From Escherichia coli (GTDB lineage Bacteria > Pseudomonadota > Gammaproteobacteria > Enterobacterales > Enterobacteriaceae): a DNA stretch of 64,000 nt. Below are positions 9,391-20,534 of this stretch, one piece after another (position 1 is the first letter of the stretch; each line of letters opens with the position of its first letter). Under the pieces are notes generated by a model that was not told the origin of the DNA, made no database searches, and worked only from the letters and a program-made list of their open reading frames with translations. Where the stretch lies: the NCBI RefSeq assembly GCF_016903815.1, contig NZ_CP069974.1; one strand, given 5' to 3'. A program made the position numbers and the translations under genes.

Positions 9391-10183
9391 TAAACTTATC
9401 ATCCCCTTTTGCTGATGGAGCTGCACATGAACCCATTCAAAGGCCGGCATTTTCAGCGTGACATCATTCTGTGGGCCGTACGCTGGTACTGCAAATACGG
9501 CATCAGTTACCGTGAGCTGCAGGAGATGCTGGCTGAACGCGGAGTGAATGTCGATCACTCCACGATTTACCGCTGGGTTCAGCGTTATGCGCCTGAAATG
9601 GAAAAACGGCTGCGCTGGTACTGGCGTAACCCTTCCGATCTTTGCCCGTGGCACATGGATGAAACCTACGTGAAGGTCAATGGCCGCTGGGCGTATCTGT
9701 ACCGGGCCGTCGACAGCCGGGGCCGCACTGTCGATTTTTATCTCTCCTCCCGTCGTAACAGCAAAGCTGCATACCGGTTTCTGGGTAAAATCCTCAACAA
9801 CGTGAAGAAGTGGCAGATCCCACGATTCATCAACACGGATAAAGCGCCCGCCTATGGTCGCGCGCTTGCTCTGCTCAAACGCGAAGGCCGGTGCCCGTCT
9901 GACGTTGAACACCGACAGATTAAGTACCGGAACAACGTGATTGAATGCGATCATGGCAAACTGAAACGGATAATCAACGCCACGCTGGGATTTAAATCCA
10001 TGAAGACGGCTTACGCCACCATCAAAGGTATTGAGGTGATGCGTGCACTACGCAAAGGCCAGGCCTCAGCATTTTATTATGGTGATCCCCTGGGCGAAAT
10101 GCGCCTGGTAAGCAGAGTTTTTGAAATGTAAGGCCTTTGAATAAGACAAAAGGCTGCCTCATCGCTAACTTTGCAACAGTGCC
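9364..10183 (+). mobile_element. IS26 copy 2, direct orientation relative to copy 1
   Basis: IRs at 9364-9377 and 10170-10183; tnpA ORF 9409..10131 identical to copy 1. Confidence 0.95.
9409..10131 (+). CDS. tnpA: IS26 transposase Tnp26 (copy 2)
   Basis: Identical 240-aa ORF. Confidence 0.95.
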   Translation: MLMELHMNPFKGRHFQRDIILWAVRWYCKYGISYRELQEMLAERGVNVDHSTIYRWVQRYAPEMEKRLRWYWRNPSDLCPWHMDETYVKVNGRWAYLYRAVDSRGRTVDFYLSSRRNSKAAYRFLGKILNNVKKWQIPRFINTDKAPAYGRALALLKREGRCPSDVEHRQIKYRNNVIECDHGKLKRIINATLGFKSMKTAYATIKGIEVMRALRKGQASAFYYGDPLGEMRLVSRVFEM

Positions 10184-12918
10184 CTTTTTTCTGCCTCATA
10201 CGACGCACGGGAAACCAGCAGACCTGTGCCATAGCCTTTTGCCACATCCACATACAGTAAGTCACCGCGTTTTATCTGCGCATTGATTTCCCCTCCCAGT
10301 TCAGTAAAACCGGTTCCTTCTGCAGCAAACGACTTCGCCTCTGTCAGCAGGTCCACCATGCTGAAGGCCAGGTTTTTACTTTCCAGCACAGGAAGGGCCA
10401 GATGAATGGCCTGCTGTGCCGGCGTGTGAAGCCCGGCTTTCTGCAGACTGATAGCGGTTTCCAGCAATGTCTCACCGGCACGCGCCTTTATCTGATCAGA
10501 AACCACCGTAAAGGAGGGATGGCGGGCAAGTTTTTCCGCAGTACGGGGTTCATCCAGCGAGGAATACAGCCGGACATCACGACCACTGCGGGCCAGACCG
10601 TTCAGGGTCGCGTTGTCCATCGCCATCTGTGTGACGGAGGCAAAAACCGTCGCACTGTCGCTGACGGAATGCCCGGGCGTTTCCACCCAGCCGTTCTCCA
10701 GCTTCAGTGCCGTGAATGGTGAATCAGCCACAGGCAGGGTGGCCGGTTCAGCCCGCCCCGGCACAACAACCGTCATCGCATCTTCACTGACGGATGCCAC
10801 CTGCAGGCGGTCACCGCCGGAGACGCGGAGTCCGGGAATTTTCCCTGTCACCCTCAGTCGCTCGCCGTCTGCCACCGGCATTTTTTCCGGCCGGAACAGC
10901 GACCAGCTGCTGTCCAGGGAGGAAATACGCACCACCTGCGTTTCGCCCTGCGCATCCCGCAGGTTCAGGCTGTGACTCTGCGCTGTCACCCGGTCTATCA
11001 CATAGCGGTCATGACTGCGTGTCTCCGGGTTCCACTGCTCCATCACCATCCCCGGTCGGTACATATCCCGCAGATAACGGCTCCGGCTGTCCAGCCAGAC
11101 CGGTGACAGTGCAGTCATGGTCACCTCAGGGTGTCCGAGCACGCCCTGCGTTTTCAGCTCACTGCGAATGGCCTCTGTCAGTATGGCCTGTTCCCGTACC
11201 CCGCTGACCTGTGCCACGCTCTCTTCTCCGGCTTTCACGCTGGCCGCAAAATCTCCGGCCAGCCGGGCATAGCGGACATTACGGTCCGGTTCACTGATGA
11301 TGGTGGCCGGTCGCTGTTCTCCCCCCTGCCAGCGATATGTGTTCACCCCGGCATCCTTCATGGCCATCAGTGCACTGCCTGTACCGGTTCGCTGCCCGCT
11401 GTCGGTTATCAGGACCTGTACGTTATGACGTGCGGCACCATCCAGCAGGGTTAACGTCTCTTTCAGGGAGAGTTTTTCGCCCTGGTCGACGATAACGGTA
11501 CTGCCCGGCGGGAAGGCCATGCCTTCCAGCAACTGACGACGTCCGGTTATCAGTTCACCGGACAGCCGTTCATCCTGCTTCAGGTTCATCTGCGAGCGAC
11601 GGTCAGCAGCGATAATCTGCACCTCCCGCCCCTGCTCCCGGGCCATCATGACCAGTTCAGCCACCCGCTCACGCTGCCCGGCTGCACCGCCCTGCCCGGA
11701 CACAATGGCCAGCGACGGGCGATCCTGTGCCAGAACACTGACGGCATCGCTGTAACCGGCCGTCCGGGGGACACTTTTCTCCGGATGTACGGTCACCCGG
11801 TTCTGTTTCATGATGTCACGACTGAGTGCCCGGACTGACAGCTCATCGAGCACATGAATCCCGGACGTGAACAGCCCCTTCTCACGATCGAGGGGGATAA
11901 GCTGCTCACGGCTGATGGCCTCATCGATACCGGCGCGTGCCCGTTCAATCACACCATTTTCCGGCGGCAGTATGCCGACCGTCCTGGCCAGCACGTCCGT
12001 ATACGTGAACTGCACTTTTCGTTCACTTAATCCGGCAATGGCCTGTGTCACCGCCTGCTGCACATCCGGCCCGTCCTGTGAAGCAGGCCCGGGCGCCTGC
12101 GTGCGGATCTCCGCACGCTGATCCGCCGCGTCACGATATGCCCGGATGTCGAACCCGGTTTCCTTCAGCGTCTGCATCCATTCAGCCATTCTGACTTCAG
12201 GATCGACGTGCTGTTTGGATTTACGCGTATCCAGTGCCGCCACATCCCGGGATTTCAGCGAGGCGTCTTCACCGACGGCCTCCCGGATAGCCTGTGAGCG
12301 TCCGGAGAAGGCTTCCACCGGTACGCCCGGCATCTCCCACATACCGTGCTTACCGACCACTTCGGTTTCATAACCCAGCGCCTCAACGCGCTGACGTAAC
12401 TCACTCTGATATATTTTCCCGAACGCAATCCGGTTCGCGAGCACGTTCTCGGAAAATCCGGTTTTCCCCACTTTGTCACTGCTCAGTGTCTTCCATTCGC
12501 CGTTATGCTGCGTGACATTAGCCACCACCACATGCGTGTGTAACTGTGGGTCCTGATCGCGACTGGTGTCATGGTTAAACAGTGCCATCACCAGATTACC
12601 GGTCAGCACCGTTTCTGACTGTCCGTCCGTCATCACCCGTGTGGAAGCCAGCGCCTCCACCTGACGGACAGCAAAATCCACAGCCTGGTTATGTGCATCA
12701 ATAAGACGTTTATCCCCCCCGAGCATGGCCATCATGGAGACACTTTTGGGGGCGGAGAAGGTCAGGTCGTAGCCGGGACGATGCTTATTACTGCCATCCT
12801 GCATGCGGCTTAAATCCGCCCCGTCCGGCAGCCTGCCCTCCAGAAGACGGGTAAAAACATCCTTATCGACGCTGCCCTGCAGCCCAAGCTGTTCAGCCCC
12901 CTGAACGGAAAAAAGCAC
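10184..12918 (-). pseudogene. traI: traI 5' fragment (relaxase domain), lacking the first ~37 codons and severed by IS26
   Basis: 917-aa ORF matches F TraI from ...[27 protein letters not shown]... to ...SYEAEK; recalled N-terminus MMSIAQVRSAGSAGNYYTDKDNYY (catalytic tyrosines) is absent. Confidence 0.9.
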
Positions 12919-13072
12919 GGGTGTTCATGACGTCAAACAGCGTGGCCGCCGCTTTCTCACCGTAGATATCTTCCAGCTGGGCATAGGACTGGATACCAAA
13001 CACATAACAGCCACCGAACTTACGGGCTTCCGGCAGGATCTCCACCAGGTCCGGCAGTTTGTGTAACGTGGG
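12919..13072 (-). pseudogene. traD: traD internal remnant (coupling protein fragment)
   Basis: Minus-strand translation ...[52 protein letters not shown], a recalled F TraD segment, wedged between traU and traI remnants. Confidence 0.6.
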
Positions 13073-13238
13073 TACCCTGGCTGACTTTGATACTGCCCAG
13101 CGAGAGCGGGAAAATACAGCTCCAGCAGATATCCGTGATCGGGTTTACAAAACGCCCCTCACAGGCAGAATCCGCAGACGCCGCAGGGACATGACCGGCG
13201 AGAAGGAATAACATCAGCAGCCACAGTCTTCGCTTCAT
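13073..13238 (-). pseudogene. traU: traU 5' remnant (first ~55 codons)
   Basis: [55 protein letters not shown] then frame leaves TraU. Confidence 0.7.
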
Positions 13239-13561
13239 TTTCTGCCCTCCTCTGCCGGAATAAATTCCACCTTCAGGAAGCGATCGCCGGGAACGGCGCT
13301 CACCCGTGCCGGGACCTGATCAATGCCGAGGCGCTGGCAGAGCACACCGTTCTGGTCAAAGTAAATACGGCTGTCCAGCGCTTTCTGCATCTCCGGGATA
13401 CTGCCCTGCACGAGGATAATTTTGCTCTCCAGTGTGGGCGGCGTCTGGCGTTTCATCCAGGCCACCTGCGCCGGATCATCGCCATTGATGAAATACAGCG
13501 TCTGGTTAAAAGGAACATACTGCAGCGGATTCATCACTTCACCCTGACGGGCAAACACCCG
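13235..13561 (-). pseudogene. traW: traW 3' remnant (C-terminal ~108 codons)
   Basis: ...FARQGEVMNPLQYVPFNQTLYFINGDDPAQVAWMKRQTPPTLESKIILVQGSIPEMQKALDSRIYFDQNGVLCQRLGIDQVPARVSAVPGDRFLKVEFIPAEEGRK; N-terminal part and trbI missing. Confidence 0.7.
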
Positions 13562-13568
13562 CCCTTCG

Positions 13569-15896
13569 TTATCCCGGATACAGCTGGTTGTATTTTGCGA
13601 ACTCCTTCGCACTCTGTTTGAGGATAATTTTGTAGGAGGAGTTACCCCATGCCGCACGGGCCGCACTGGAGGCCTTGTCAGAGTCAAAGTCGACGATGTT
13701 CTGTGTGATGGTGATATAAGCACCGGTATGACGACGGGCGGTACGGTAACCTTTCTCAATAAACTCACCGACCTTGTAATTTTTGAAGTCCAGCAGACGC
13801 CAGCCTTCATCAATGACGTTCAGTTTCTTGAGGTTACGCGGCGTGCGGTACATCCTGTTCTCGATGTAGATAATCAGGGAGAACATCACCGCAACCAGCA
13901 GTGACGGACGGTCTTCCAGTCCGCCCAGCTCCAGCACCACCATTTTTGCGTCATCCCGCAGGGACGGCTCATCAGAGTTAAAATACTGACCGTAAGTGCC
14001 GTTGGCAGTGTACTGGTCAAGCAGCACAATCATTTCGTCCAGACGGCTGCGGATAGTCGGTGACCCGGCATACTGCTCGCTGTCACTGGCGTTTTTCAGG
14101 AAATCCACCACGTCATCAATACGTGCCCTGTTCTCTTTGGCCAGCCAGGAGGCCCTGACCGCCTGCAGCAGCAGACCTTCATGCACTTCATCCAGGTTAC
14201 CGTTGGGGCTGGCCATCACTGACAACTGGTCACGGACACGCTCCGCTGACTGGTCGATATCGGTGATATTCGCAAACGGGTTAAAACGCAGGGTTTCACC
14301 GTCCAGATATACGCCACCCATGTTCTCACACAGGGACTTGTAGCCATCCCCCATGTCGAACACCACGGCAAAGCCCCCGGAGTCCAGCACGCTGCGGATA
14401 AGGGGCTGTATCAGTCCGGTTTTACCGGCCCCGGAGGTGCCACAGACCGCCATGTTGTAGTTGGTGTTATTCATCCCCCGGAAGAAAATATCGATAAACG
14501 CCAGCTGGTTACGGTAGGTGGGTGCCAGCAGACCTGCCGGTGTCAGGGGGTTATCCGCCACTAACGGCATCAGGTTGGCAACATTAAAGCTCTCTGCGCG
14601 CTGAACCACACCGGCCTCTTTCAGCTGTTTAAACAGCCCTTTCCCGGCCATAAAGGGCAGGCAGGTCAGGAAATTGCGCATGTGGTTAAAGCGCGGTGAA
14701 ATCAGCTCAAAACCGTTTTTACGGAAGCTGTTCAGGATGTCCTGCTCCACTTCCAGTGCCGTTTCATTATTGTCCTTGCAGAAGGCTGTGATGTTGAGGA
14801 AGTAGGACACGACAGAAGACTGACCGGAGCCCAGCCGCTGACGCAGTTCCCCCCACTCCTTCGCCTCTTTCTCCACGGACGGAAACCATTTGGCATAGGA
14901 GGTCTTCGACTTTTTCTCCAGGTCCATGTACTTCAGGTTGGCTTCGCTGTGGGTTTTCACCTGGTCTTCCACCACCAGAGTCAGCGTCAGGATGAACGGA
15001 CAGGAGATGGACAGTTCCGGGTTCAGCAGGTTGCTGTAGTTGTCGGCCATATTCCACAGGAAGGCGATTTCCGGGTTACGGGCCAGATGGAAATTCAGGA
15101 TGCGGGCCGTGCTGTTCCTGCCGTTCTCACGCAGGCCCAGCGTCAGGTAATCAGCCCGGACTTTCAGGTCAAAACTGTCCTCCACACACTGATAATTCAG
15201 ATCAGAATACGGGTCCAGCTGACGTCTTTTCGGGTACAGGGAGTCCGGGTTATGATTAATCATCTCCCCGACAATATCGATAAAGGCCTGTGCATCCACC
15301 GTCTGTGTGGCGATACTGGCCCCCTGTAACGACGCCCGGATGATTTTCACCAGGTTTTCCATTTCCAGAATGTCAGCCCGGCTTTTTTTCTTCGAGGGAG
15401 AACAGTACGAGAAGAATACCCGGTAATGGCGCAGGGTCAGGGGCAGATTCATCCCCTCCGGCAGCGGAAACTGTGTCGCTGCCGCGTTCATATAATAGGC
15501 ACGGGTAATGGCGTTAAACCGTTCAGCCTGTTCACCGGACCAGGAGAACTCACGCAGCCCGTATTCAATTCTGTCACCAACAAGCTGGCTGGACTTCAGA
15601 TGGATGCAGAACGGCACTCCGCGTGGCAGTTTGGTGCGCAGCATGTGGTCGAGCGCCTCCACAATGGACTCATTCGCCCCATTGATGGGAATGGCTTCCA
15701 GCATAAAGCCCATCGTGGTGTCATTCATGAACAGACCGGACTCCTGGTTGTAATCACGGTACGGCAGCAGACGGCTGAACTGCGGGAAGCTCATTTCGCC
15801 CAGAACTTCATTGGCCTTTGCGGATTCGTCAGGCAGTTTCAGTGCTGTGACGAGGGAGTTAACCGCCTGAGTGACGGCCTCAAGTGGGTTATTCAC
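13569..15896 (-). CDS. traC: TraC (VirB4-like type IV secretion ATPase), C-terminally shortened (775 aa vs ~875 in F)
   Basis: Starts MNNPLEAVTQAVNSLVTALKLPDE...; ends ...KEFAKYNQLYPG at a deletion junction with traW. Confidence 0.85.
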   Translation of the reverse strand: MNNPLEAVTQAVNSLVTALKLPDESAKANEVLGEMSFPQFSRLLPYRDYNQESGLFMNDTTMGFMLEAIPINGANESIVEALDHMLRTKLPRGVPFCIHLKSSQLVGDRIEYGLREFSWSGEQAERFNAITRAYYMNAAATQFPLPEGMNLPLTLRHYRVFFSYCSPSKKKSRADILEMENLVKIIRASLQGASIATQTVDAQAFIDIVGEMINHNPDSLYPKRRQLDPYSDLNYQCVEDSFDLKVRADYLTLGLRENGRNSTARILNFHLARNPEIAFLWNMADNYSNLLNPELSISCPFILTLTLVVEDQVKTHSEANLKYMDLEKKSKTSYAKWFPSVEKEAKEWGELRQRLGSGQSSVVSYFLNITAFCKDNNETALEVEQDILNSFRKNGFELISPRFNHMRNFLTCLPFMAGKGLFKQLKEAGVVQRAESFNVANLMPLVADNPLTPAGLLAPTYRNQLAFIDIFFRGMNNTNYNMAVCGTSGAGKTGLIQPLIRSVLDSGGFAVVFDMGDGYKSLCENMGGVYLDGETLRFNPFANITDIDQSAERVRDQLSVMASPNGNLDEVHEGLLLQAVRASWLAKENRARIDDVVDFLKNASDSEQYAGSPTIRSRLDEMIVLLDQYTANGTYGQYFNSDEPSLRDDAKMVVLELGGLEDRPSLLVAVMFSLIIYIENRMYRTPRNLKKLNVIDEGWRLLDFKNYKVGEFIEKGYRTARRHTGAYITITQNIVDFDSDKASSAARAAWGNSSYKIILKQSAKEFAKYNQLYPG

Positions 15897-16055
15897 ATGA
15901 ATTCCTTAGTTGAAAAATAAAGCGAGAAATGCGGTAGCCATGAAGGGAATACCTGTAATTAACGCGCCATTTCCCGGCGCATATACAAAGATTTCGGTTT
16001 TCTGAATATCAACTCATGTTCATCCGGAATTAAATCAATATGTTCTGCGACTGAC

Positions 16056-16277
16056 TTATGCATAATGTTTTCTCTGCTTTTCCTGATACGCCTGACATTC
16101 AACGCACAACGTCACACCGGGAAATATTTTCCGCCGGGCTTCCGGAATAGGATTTCCGCATGCTTCACAGAGATAAACAGGAATACCATGAACATTTATT
16201 TTCTGGCGTATCCGGTTTATTCCTGTCATGGTCAGTTGTTCTGTCACTGAATATGCTTCATCGGCTTCATCACTCAC
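16056..16277 (-). CDS. traR: TraR (DksA-like zinc finger protein)
   Basis: 73 aa with CEACGNPIPEARRK...CVECQ zinc finger; position between traV and traC as in F. Confidence 0.85.
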   Translation of the reverse strand: MSDEADEAYSVTEQLTMTGINRIRQKINVHGIPVYLCEACGNPIPEARRKIFPGVTLCVECQAYQEKQRKHYA

Positions 16278-16411
16278 GGAATATTCCTCCCGACATGTTC
16301 TGACACGCTACCGCCCATCCCTTTTCACGCACAGGGCACTCGTTTTACAGGCAGATTTTGAATACAGAAAGCCCGCCGGCATTGCCGGCTGATATACAAC
16401 TTCAGGGCCAG

Positions 16412-16927
16412 TTAATTAATACGTGGTTTTCCCCACGCAGACGGTTTAATAACAAAAAACACACTGGATGGCTGATGATAAACATCCTGATTATCAATAT
16501 AAGGCGCTATCCATAATGCAGCCGTCTGCTCACCCGTTCTTAGCGGGCGGGGAGGTGTTACCGGCGCAACTGAACTGACCGGAACAATCGTTTTCACTTC
16601 CCGGGCAGCCGTAAACAACGGACGTGGTGCCAGCAGTTTCTGCTCCGGAAGTGCCGTCACCGCAGGTCTGCTGCCGGACGGAGGGGTCGCGGTGACGGTC
16701 TGCACCGGCATTGTCCGGAAGTTCCCTTCAGCCAGGCGCGGCAGTGATGCCGCAACCGGCTTTGCTTCTGAGGACTGCTCCAGTTCTTTGGCCTTCTCAT
16801 TGGCCTGCTCCATCGTCATACAGGTATCGGATGTGGTGGCGTTACACTCAAATTCCGTACTGGTTCCGGCACAGCCGGAAAGTAATAACGTTCCCAGCAG
16901 AGGAATAAATAAAGAAATCTGTTTCAT
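16412..16927 (-). CDS. traV: TraV lipoprotein (pilus assembly)
   Basis: 171 aa, lipoprotein signal ...LLLSGCAG. Confidence 0.85.
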   Translation of the reverse strand: MKQISLFIPLLGTLLLSGCAGTSTEFECNATTSDTCMTMEQANEKAKELEQSSEAKPVAASLPRLAEGNFRTMPVQTVTATPPSGSRPAVTALPEQKLLAPRPLFTAAREVKTIVPVSSVAPVTPPRPLRTGEQTAALWIAPYIDNQDVYHQPSSVFFVIKPSAWGKPRIN

Positions 16928-17238
16928 TACCCTTCTCCTTTTTTATTACTCTCCACAACAGCAGAAATTAACTCTACTGTCAGATTTGTTTTTCCTGCAC
17001 AGGGTTGTCCGGAGACTACTGTATTTCCCGGAGAAGAAAATAAGCTCATCGACATACCCTTCTTCATCACACCGACAGCTGCCATATTAAAATTGTGCGG
17101 CAATGATTCAGAACCGAATTCCTTCAGTGCAGGAAGTACGATTCTTGTGGTGCAGTTACTGAGAACAGCATTCATAAAATCATCTGATACGCTTTTATCC
17201 GGTACAGAGCGTGCAGTAATAATATTACGCATGTTCAT
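16927..17238 (-). CDS. TrbG/TrbD-region small protein
   Basis: ORF between traP and traV, synteny with F trbD-trbG; exact assignment not verified. Confidence 0.4.
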   Translation of the reverse strand: MNMRNIITARSVPDKSVSDDFMNAVLSNCTTRIVLPALKEFGSESLPHNFNMAAVGVMKKGMSMSLFSSPGNTVVSGQPCAGKTNLTVELISAVVESNKKGEG

Positions 17239-17812
17239 TTTTATCTCCGTTGTTTCTGTTTGCCCTGTCATCAGGGAAATAAACATGGCATTTCCTGATT
17301 TTTTCCGACAGAGAAGTATCTTCCGTATAAACTTCCTTCAGATGTTCATCTGCGGTTCCCACCCGGACACATTTCATTTTTCCGGGTCGCACCGGATATT
17401 TCCCGGTGATCGCTGCCAGCGAGACATACATCAGTGCCAGTGTTGCCCAGAATGCGGTGACCAGTTGCATCAGTGACCGGTCAGTCTCCCTGACATAATC
17501 TGCAGCATCAGCCGCGCGGTAATGGCAGATATCCTGTATTTCTGATCTGCCTGAAGAATCAGAGGAAGAAAACCAGCATTCACTGACCGGGAACTGTCCG
17601 GCAGGTGCTGTTTGTCTTACGAAGTTAATCTCCTTAACCAGTAATTTCCCCGGCGTGGTGTTGTCCTTCCATAAAACAAACAGAGCCATCAGGGCCATTG
17701 TGGCCAGCGGCCAGATAACCACAAACCTGACGACCCACAGCAGCCAGCGAACGACAAACGCCACACGGAATGTCAGTGCATCACCCGCCATTTCCGCCCT
17801 CCTTGCCGGCAT
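17225..17812 (-). CDS. traP: TraP
   Basis: 195-aa membrane protein in the expected F position. Confidence 0.7.
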   Translation of the reverse strand: MPARRAEMAGDALTFRVAFVVRWLLWVVRFVVIWPLATMALMALFVLWKDNTTPGKLLVKEINFVRQTAPAGQFPVSECWFSSSDSSGRSEIQDICHYRAADAADYVRETDRSLMQLVTAFWATLALMYVSLAAITGKYPVRPGKMKCVRVGTADEHLKEVYTEDTSLSEKIRKCHVYFPDDRANRNNGDKNEHA

Positions 17813-19232
17813 CCCCGCCCTGCGGGTTCTTGTCTCCGGACATAAACTGCTGCGGATTCAGATTGCCCAGCTGCTTCAGCATCTGGTCGGTGTTAAAACC
17901 GTTCAGGTGGCTTTCTGCCGAGGGAGGATTCGGCACAGGGCTTTCCGGGTTACCCTCTTCCGCTGTACTCTGTGACTGCTCCAGCGCCATTTCCTCCACG
18001 GTTTTCAGCTGGAAGCCGTCCTGGAACACCACTGTCACTTCGTTGCCCGCACCAATCGGTATCACCGGGTGATACTGTTCGGCACGTTTGATGTAGTAGT
18101 CACTGAGCGTCTGTGCGGCTTTCGATGCGCCGCCACCGATACCCATTTTAAGGACATCGCCGGCCCCGTAAGCGGCTGTGGCACCCAGCCCGACAGCCGG
18201 CTGGGAGGCGCGCTCCATTCCCTGACCGATACCGTCAACAAATCCCGCGCCCCATGCCCAGCCGAGGATTTTGCCGTTACGCATCACCACTTCGCCCTTG
18301 ATACCGTTTTTACCCCGGAAGCTGACATGCCCCTTAATCGGCATATCAATGGTTTTGCCATTCTTCAGGCAGCTGATATTACGGGTGCGAACAATAGCAC
18401 GTTCACTGGAGACATCCCCCCAGGCTTCCAGCCCCACAAAACATCCCGTTGCGTCATACGTCTTGCTGTTCGGCATTTCCACCAGACCGGTGATACGCAG
18501 CTGCATCGGCACCGTGGATTCATTACCGGTGACTGAGGCATTGGCATCCGCCCCTTCAATCAGCATGGCTTTCGCAAAACTTCCTGACGGAATGTACGGC
18601 AGCGATGGTCCCTGTTTTCCCTCATTACGGGTAAACACCTTACGCTGTATCCGGTTAGGCACCGGCACAGACTGGTACATCACCTGTGGTGGTGGCGTGA
18701 CACCATTCCCGGGATAAAACGCCGTCGGCGGTGGAACAGCAACGCTGCCCTGCGGCGGGAAGGATACGGGGGTGTTTCCCGGCTGTGGTTCGCCTTCCGG
18801 CCCGGGCGGTGAGGCTGGCGTCTGCGGTACAGGCTCACCGGTCGCCGTGACGGGATTAGCACCCAGGGCTTTTACCTGCTCTGCCAGGGCGGCATTGTCC
18901 TGTCCCAGTTTTTCAATACGACGCTGGTCATCACCGCGCTGTTTGTTCAGGACATCCAGTTCACGACGGATTTCCTCATACTGCTTCTGCATCTGCGCTG
19001 CCGTCACCTGCATCTCTGTGGTGGCATGCTGACGCACCTTGTCATCAAAGGTCGTATCCACCACACCGGTCATATCCGGCACAGGCTCCTGTTCAGCCAC
19101 GGTTTCCCCGTTACCGGACATGTCCACATCAGACAGATACAGTGCCCCACCAATCGCGGAGGCTGTACCGACAACCACAATCCCCAGCCACAGGTACTGC
19201 TTGCGTTTCACAATGGTGTTGATACTGGCCAT
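17781..19232 (-). CDS. traB: TraB (VirB10-like)
   Basis: 483 aa, N-terminal TM, proline-rich linker; synteny. Confidence 0.85.
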   Translation of the reverse strand: MASINTIVKRKQYLWLGIVVVGTASAIGGALYLSDVDMSGNGETVAEQEPVPDMTGVVDTTFDDKVRQHATTEMQVTAAQMQKQYEEIRRELDVLNKQRGDDQRRIEKLGQDNAALAEQVKALGANPVTATGEPVPQTPASPPGPEGEPQPGNTPVSFPPQGSVAVPPPTAFYPGNGVTPPPQVMYQSVPVPNRIQRKVFTRNEGKQGPSLPYIPSGSFAKAMLIEGADANASVTGNESTVPMQLRITGLVEMPNSKTYDATGCFVGLEAWGDVSSERAIVRTRNISCLKNGKTIDMPIKGHVSFRGKNGIKGEVVMRNGKILGWAWGAGFVDGIGQGMERASQPAVGLGATAAYGAGDVLKMGIGGGASKAAQTLSDYYIKRAEQYHPVIPIGAGNEVTVVFQDGFQLKTVEEMALEQSQSTAEEGNPESPVPNPPSAESHLNGFNTDQMLKQLGNLNPQQFMSGDKNPQGGDAGKEGGNGG

Positions 19233-19960
19233 CAGTTGCCCTCCCCGTCACGGATGACATACACATCCATGCACGCACCTGCCAGTAACTGGCTGGCAGG
19301 CTGGCTGAACATCACGGCACGGGTTCCCGGCTGCCAGAAGTCACTTTCCCGGATATTCAGGGCAGACAGCGTTTTATTTTCCACGGCAAAGCGGACCATC
19401 TTCAGGTGATTCCCCGTCCATACGGCATCTGCCACTGAAGACAGCCCCGCCGGGGCCTGCAGGGTTTCCTTTGTCACAGGAACCTGATACCAGCCTGCAG
19501 GTAATTTTCCGCCACGGACAGCCTGGCTGATGGTCACAAGCAGGGATTCGTAAGGCGTGGACGTTTCCCACGCACCGGCTTCTTCTCCGGTTCCGCGCAG
19601 GTCACTGACCAGCTGAATGGTACGCCCCGCGCCTTCACGGGGAACGGCCTGAATGGAAAGATTCAGACCACGTTCTGTTTCCAGAATGAACGTAAAGGGC
19701 TTTTTGTTGACGGTGGCAACCACCACACCGCCGGAGGCGGTCTGCTCATTATTGGTCAGGGCACCATCCAGACTGTTCACGGCGATAATCCGGTCACCGG
19801 GAACGGTAAACAGATTCGGGCTGGTATTGCTGATGGCAATACTGGCCTGACCACCGTTCACCATTGGCACCACGGTGGGGGACAGCGTACCGTTTGCGGC
19901 CATCACGCTGCAGGAAAAAAACAGGCTGCCGAATATTATTGCCGTATTATTTTTTCTCAT
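19232..19960 (-). CDS. traK: TraK (secretin-like)
   Basis: 242 aa with signal peptide; synteny. Confidence 0.85.
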   Translation of the reverse strand: MRKNNTAIIFGSLFFSCSVMAANGTLSPTVVPMVNGGQASIAISNTSPNLFTVPGDRIIAVNSLDGALTNNEQTASGGVVVATVNKKPFTFILETERGLNLSIQAVPREGAGRTIQLVSDLRGTGEEAGAWETSTPYESLLVTISQAVRGGKLPAGWYQVPVTKETLQAPAGLSSVADAVWTGNHLKMVRFAVENKTLSALNIRESDFWQPGTRAVMFSQPASQLLAGACMDVYVIRDGEGN

Positions 19961-20513
19961 CGTCTGTTTCCCCGAAATTATCCAGCCAGGTCACCCCGTT
20001 TTCCCGCTTCAGAATAAGGATGTAATGTTTGATATCAGTGAAAGGTTTTGAATCACCAATCCAGGTTTTAAGCACACCACGAATTTCCACACGGCCATAC
20101 TGAGGCCAGACACGAACACTGGTCTGGAAAAAGGCTGAGTTCACGTTATCGTTTTTAATACGCTTCGCTTCTTCAGCCAGAATAACTTTCATCTGGTTCT
20201 GTGCGCCCGGGCGGATATATTTCAGAAGCGCCTGATGTGAGGCATCGACGGTTTCTGATGAAACATTCAGACGGAGGGCAATAAATGACAGCGCCATCTG
20301 CTGTAAATAAGAGGCGTCGGCACTGTTCTGTGACACGGCAAAGGGGGCATTAAATGCCATTGGCGTCACGGCAGTGCGTTGCTCATTCTGAAGACGGTAG
20401 TTATTCACCCCCTGAATGACGTTAACAGAGAGGCTGAGAACAATAAGCACTGACATAAATATAAAGGCGATGGCCATTACACGACTGGTACTTAAACGGG
20501 CACCGTGTTCCAT
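19947..20513 (-). CDS. traE: TraE
   Basis: 188 aa, N-terminal TM; synteny. Confidence 0.85.
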   Translation of the reverse strand: MEHGARLSTSRVMAIAFIFMSVLIVLSLSVNVIQGVNNYRLQNEQRTAVTPMAFNAPFAVSQNSADASYLQQMALSFIALRLNVSSETVDASHQALLKYIRPGAQNQMKVILAEEAKRIKNDNVNSAFFQTSVRVWPQYGRVEIRGVLKTWIGDSKPFTDIKHYILILKRENGVTWLDNFGETDDEKK

Positions 20514-20534
20514 ATAACAATCCTGGTATCAGTT

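Noticed and set aside
9322-9954. 210-aa minus-strand ORF inside IS26 copy 2
   Set aside because: Antisense to Tnp26; same spurious frame as in copy 1.
13235-13813. 192-aa ORF annotated in the track
   Set aside because: Chimeric: out-of-frame traC sequence fused to the genuine TraW C-terminus by a deletion.
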